Of a stretch of 64,000 nucleotides of DNA, positions 60,920-64,000 are shown piece by piece (position 1 is the first letter of the stretch; every line of letters starts with the position of its first letter). The position numbers and the translations under genes are program-made. The DNA is from Mobula hypostoma (Eukaryota). Under the pieces are notes generated by a model. That model saw nothing but the letters and a program-made list of their open reading frames with translations, had not been told where the DNA came from and ran no database searches. The stretch spans positions 248,808,001 to 248,872,000 of the forward strand of contig NC_086097.1 in the NCBI RefSeq assembly GCF_963921235.1, written 5' to 3'.

Positions 60920-62247
60920 CCCATTGATGGAGAAGATCCTGAGAGGTAGGATTTATGAACATTTGGAGAGGTATAATATGATTAGGAACAGTCAGCATGG
61001 GTTTGTCAAGGGCAGGTCATGCCTTACGAGCTTGATTGAATTTTTTGAGGATGTGACTAAACACATTGATGAAGGAAGAGCTGTAGATGTAGTGTATATG
61101 AATTTCAGCAAGACATTTGATAAGGTACCCCATGCAAGGCTTACTGAGAAAGTAAGAAGGCATGGGATCCAAGAGGACATTGCTTTGTGGATCCAGAATT
61201 GGCTTGCCCACAGAAGGCAAAGTGTGATTGTAGATGGGTCATATTCTGCATGGAGGTCGGTGACTAGTGGTGTGCCTCAGGGATCTGTTCTGGGACCCTT
61301 ACTTTTGTGATTTTTATAAATGAGCTGGTTGAGGAAGTGGAAGGATGGGTTAGTAAGTCTGCTGATGACACAAATGTTGGAGGTGTTGTGGATAGTGTGG
61401 AGGGCTGTCAGAGGTTACGGCGGGACATTAATAGGATGCAAAACTGGGCTGAGAAGTGGCAGATGGTGTTCAACCCAGATAAGTGTGAAGTGGTTCATTT
61501 TGGTAGGTCAAATATGATTGCAGAAGACAGTATTAATGGTAAGACTCTTGGCAGTGTGGAGGATCAGAGGGATCTTGGGGTCTGAGTCCATAGGACACTC
61601 AAAGCAGCTGCACAGGTTGACTCTGTGGTTAAGAAGGCATACAGTGCATTGTCCTTCATCAATCGTGGAATTGAATTTAGGAATCGAGAGGTAATGTTGC
61701 AGCTATATAAGACCCTAGTCAGACTCCACTTGGAGTACTGTGCTCAGTTCTGATCGCCTCACTACAGGAAGGGTGCAGGGGAGATTTACAAGGATGTTGC
61801 CTGGATTGGGGAGCATGCCTTATGAAGACAGGTTGAGTGAACTCAGCCTTTTCTCCTTGGAGTGACGGAGGATGAGAGGTGACCTGACAGAGGTGTATAA
61901 GATGATGAGAGGCATTGATCGTGTGGATAGTCAGAGACTTTTTCCCAGGGCTGAAATGGCTGCCACAAGAGAGCACAGGTTTAAGGTGCTTGGGAATAGG
62001 TACGGAGGAGATGTCAGGGGTAATTTTTTTACGCAGACAGTGGTGAGTGCGTGGAATGGGCTGCCGGTGACAGTGGTGGAGGCAGATATGATCAGGTCTT
62101 TTAAGAGTCTTTCGGATAGGTACATGGAGCTTAGAAAAATAGAGGACTAAGGGTAACCCTAGTAATTTCTAAGGTAGGGACATGTTCAGTACAACTTTGT
62201 GGGCCGAAGGGCCTGTATTGTGCTGTAGGTTTTTCTATGTTTCTATG
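60920..62247 (+). mobile_element. CR1 ORF2 (RT) 3' part plus tail
   Basis: QHGFVKGRSCLTSL...FDKVPH...SGVPQGSVLGPLL...SADDT...; tail (TTTCTATG)n. Confidence 0.93.
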
Positions 62248-62781
62248 ACTTTGGAGTGTGGGAAGAAACCAGGGCACCCAGAGGAAACCCACTTTGTCAC
62301 GGAGAGAAATGATAAACTCCTTACAGACAGTGGGTCACTGGCTCCGTAATAACGTTGTGCTATGCTCTCGTACCACTCTATGTGTTCATTGTCTCTTCAC
62401 GCTCTGCACGGACACGTTATGAAGTTACCAATTTCTATTCGTATACCAGTTGTTCACGTCTGCCATTATTTGTGCCGTTGAGTTAGAGATTTAGTGTGAA
62501 AAGGAAACTGGAGCTACTCTGCAGGGCATCCCTCACAAGGCGTTCATTTGCGACCTCCTGTGAGTTGTACCTGTCTTACACCAAGCTTCCCCAGGCGGAG
62601 AGCTGTGACCGGAGTGTGGGGATGGTGCTGAGGCATTAGGCGATGGACCTTGAGAATTTTGAGATGCTTGTCAGCTCAGGATCTGGTGAACTTATCCAGT
62701 ACAGTATGTTTCAGTGATGCCTAGCGTTGAGGTCGTTGTACGTTCAGGTGGTTGTATATCCAGTGAATTCATTGGGGATCA

Positions 62782-62940
62782 TAAACACGAAGTTCTGCAG
62801 ATGCTGGAAATCCACAGCAACACACACAAAGTGCCAGAGGAACTCAGCAGGTCAGGCAGCATCGATGGAAATGAATAAACAGTCAACGTTTTGAGCCAAG
62901 ACTCTTCATCAGGTCTGGAAAGGGTAGGGGAAGAAGCCTA
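62782..62940 (-). mobile_element. Penelope-derived short element
   Basis: Same block; minus strand CTGATGAAGAGTCTTGGCTCAAAACGTTGACTG (GAAA mutated). Confidence 0.75.
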
Positions 62941-63414
62941 ATTAGGATACAAAATGGAAAATATGATTTTTCTTCATTTACTTTGATGTGGTTGAGTATT
63001 TTCATTATTTCTAAGTACATGCATAATTGTAATTAACTTTTAAAATTTCCTTTCCGCATTATTTCCCACTAAATCTGAATCTGTTTGCTTCATTACTAGA
63101 AGTTTATTGATGTTCAAGATTGTTTACATAGAACTTAGAAAACCTACAGCACAATACAGGCCCTTCAGCCCACAAAGCTGTGCCGAACATATCCTTGCCT
63201 GAGAAATTACCTAAGTTTACCTATAGCCCTCGATTTTTCTGAACTCTGTGTACCTGTCCAGGAGTCTCTTAAAAGACCCTATTGTATCCGCCTCCACCAC
63301 CATCGCCAGCAGCCCATTCCACGCACTCACCACTCTTTGCTTAAAAAAACAGGTAGCTAACTATTCCTGGCAATGGACAGCCCAGCAAGATCCAGCACAA
63401 CGTACGTTTAGGTT

Positions 63415-63735
63415 ATGGTTGATTAGTGGTGTGGTGGTTGTCCATCTTGTCCAAAGATGACAGGGAACCTGTACAGGAAAGTTTTTAGAAGTGGAAAAGC
63501 TGGACTCAGAAGTCCAGGTCCAGTGGTACAAACAAGCATCAAAAACGGGGGTCTTTCTTGGTTGCAGTGGATGACCATGACATCTTCTGTGCCTTGTCAT
63601 ACCTGTTGCTTTCCGCAGAGTGTTGCAGATCTGCCTTCCTGGCCGTTTGTATTTTACTGTAGCTTTCATCCGCCCAGTCCACTGGAGTGGACTTGAGCTA
63701 GGACAGGCAGGTCCCTCTCTCACCAGGATGTGAGG
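63415..63735 (-). mobile_element. Probable RTE-related non-autonomous element
   Basis: GGTTGTCCATCTTGTCCAAAGATGAC tail-like end and CTTCCTGGCCG/CATCCGCCCAGTCC 5'-UTR-like end; family assignment tentative. Confidence 0.4.
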
Positions 63736-63894
63736 TTAGTTAGGCAGTCTGACAATATTTGACCATGCTTCAATGTTCCTAAGAAGTAACGTGTTTCAAA
63801 TTAGTTTTTGCGTTTGCCACGAGGTAGCATGTTGTGATGATACTTGGGTGTTTGATTGCTTGTCATTATCCCATTTTGTTTACCCTTCGAGTCC

Positions 63895-63985
63895 TTCTGA
63901 AGGGTCTCGGCCTGAAACGTCAACTGTACTCTTTTCCATAGATGCTACCCAGCCCGCTGAGTTCCTCCAGCATTTTGAGTGCGTT
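63895..63985 (+). mobile_element. Penelope-derived fragment
   Basis: TGAAGGGTCTCGGCCTGAAACGTCAACTGT...CTGAGTTCCTCCAGCATTTTG. Confidence 0.72.
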
Positions 63986-64000
63986 ACCCCCATTTTATTG

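Overview
Eukaryotic, repeat-dominated, non-coding (intronic or intergenic) DNA. I found no recognisable host protein-coding exon. The repeat set (abundant CR1 LINEs, Rex1/Babar LINEs, HE1/V-SINE-like SINEs, Penelope-derived short elements) suggests a cartilaginous fish, probably a ray; this is an inference. All long ORFs are either decayed retroelement fragments (CR1, Rex, L1, RTE, HERO, Penelope) or by-products of simple repeats. The one clear host gene is a tRNA-Thr(TGT) on the minus strand (37293-37365). Five observations stand out. (1) A hammerhead-ribozyme core in a pseudoknotted, non-circularly permuted strand order in the 3' UTR of a HERO-like retrotransposon (53767-53821). (2) Penelope-derived elements carrying a minimal dimer-type hammerhead, intact at 39200-39237, whose many fold-back copies invert at or near the ribozyme. 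(3) An L1 insertion with a twin-priming-type 5' inversion and a 12-bp TSD. (4) A composite Tc1-type MITE built from two mini-hairpin MITEs. (5) Two solo LTRs and a 37-bp internally palindromic minisatellite. TE boundaries without a stated TSD are approximate (tens of bp). Family names come from recalled motifs, not database searches.
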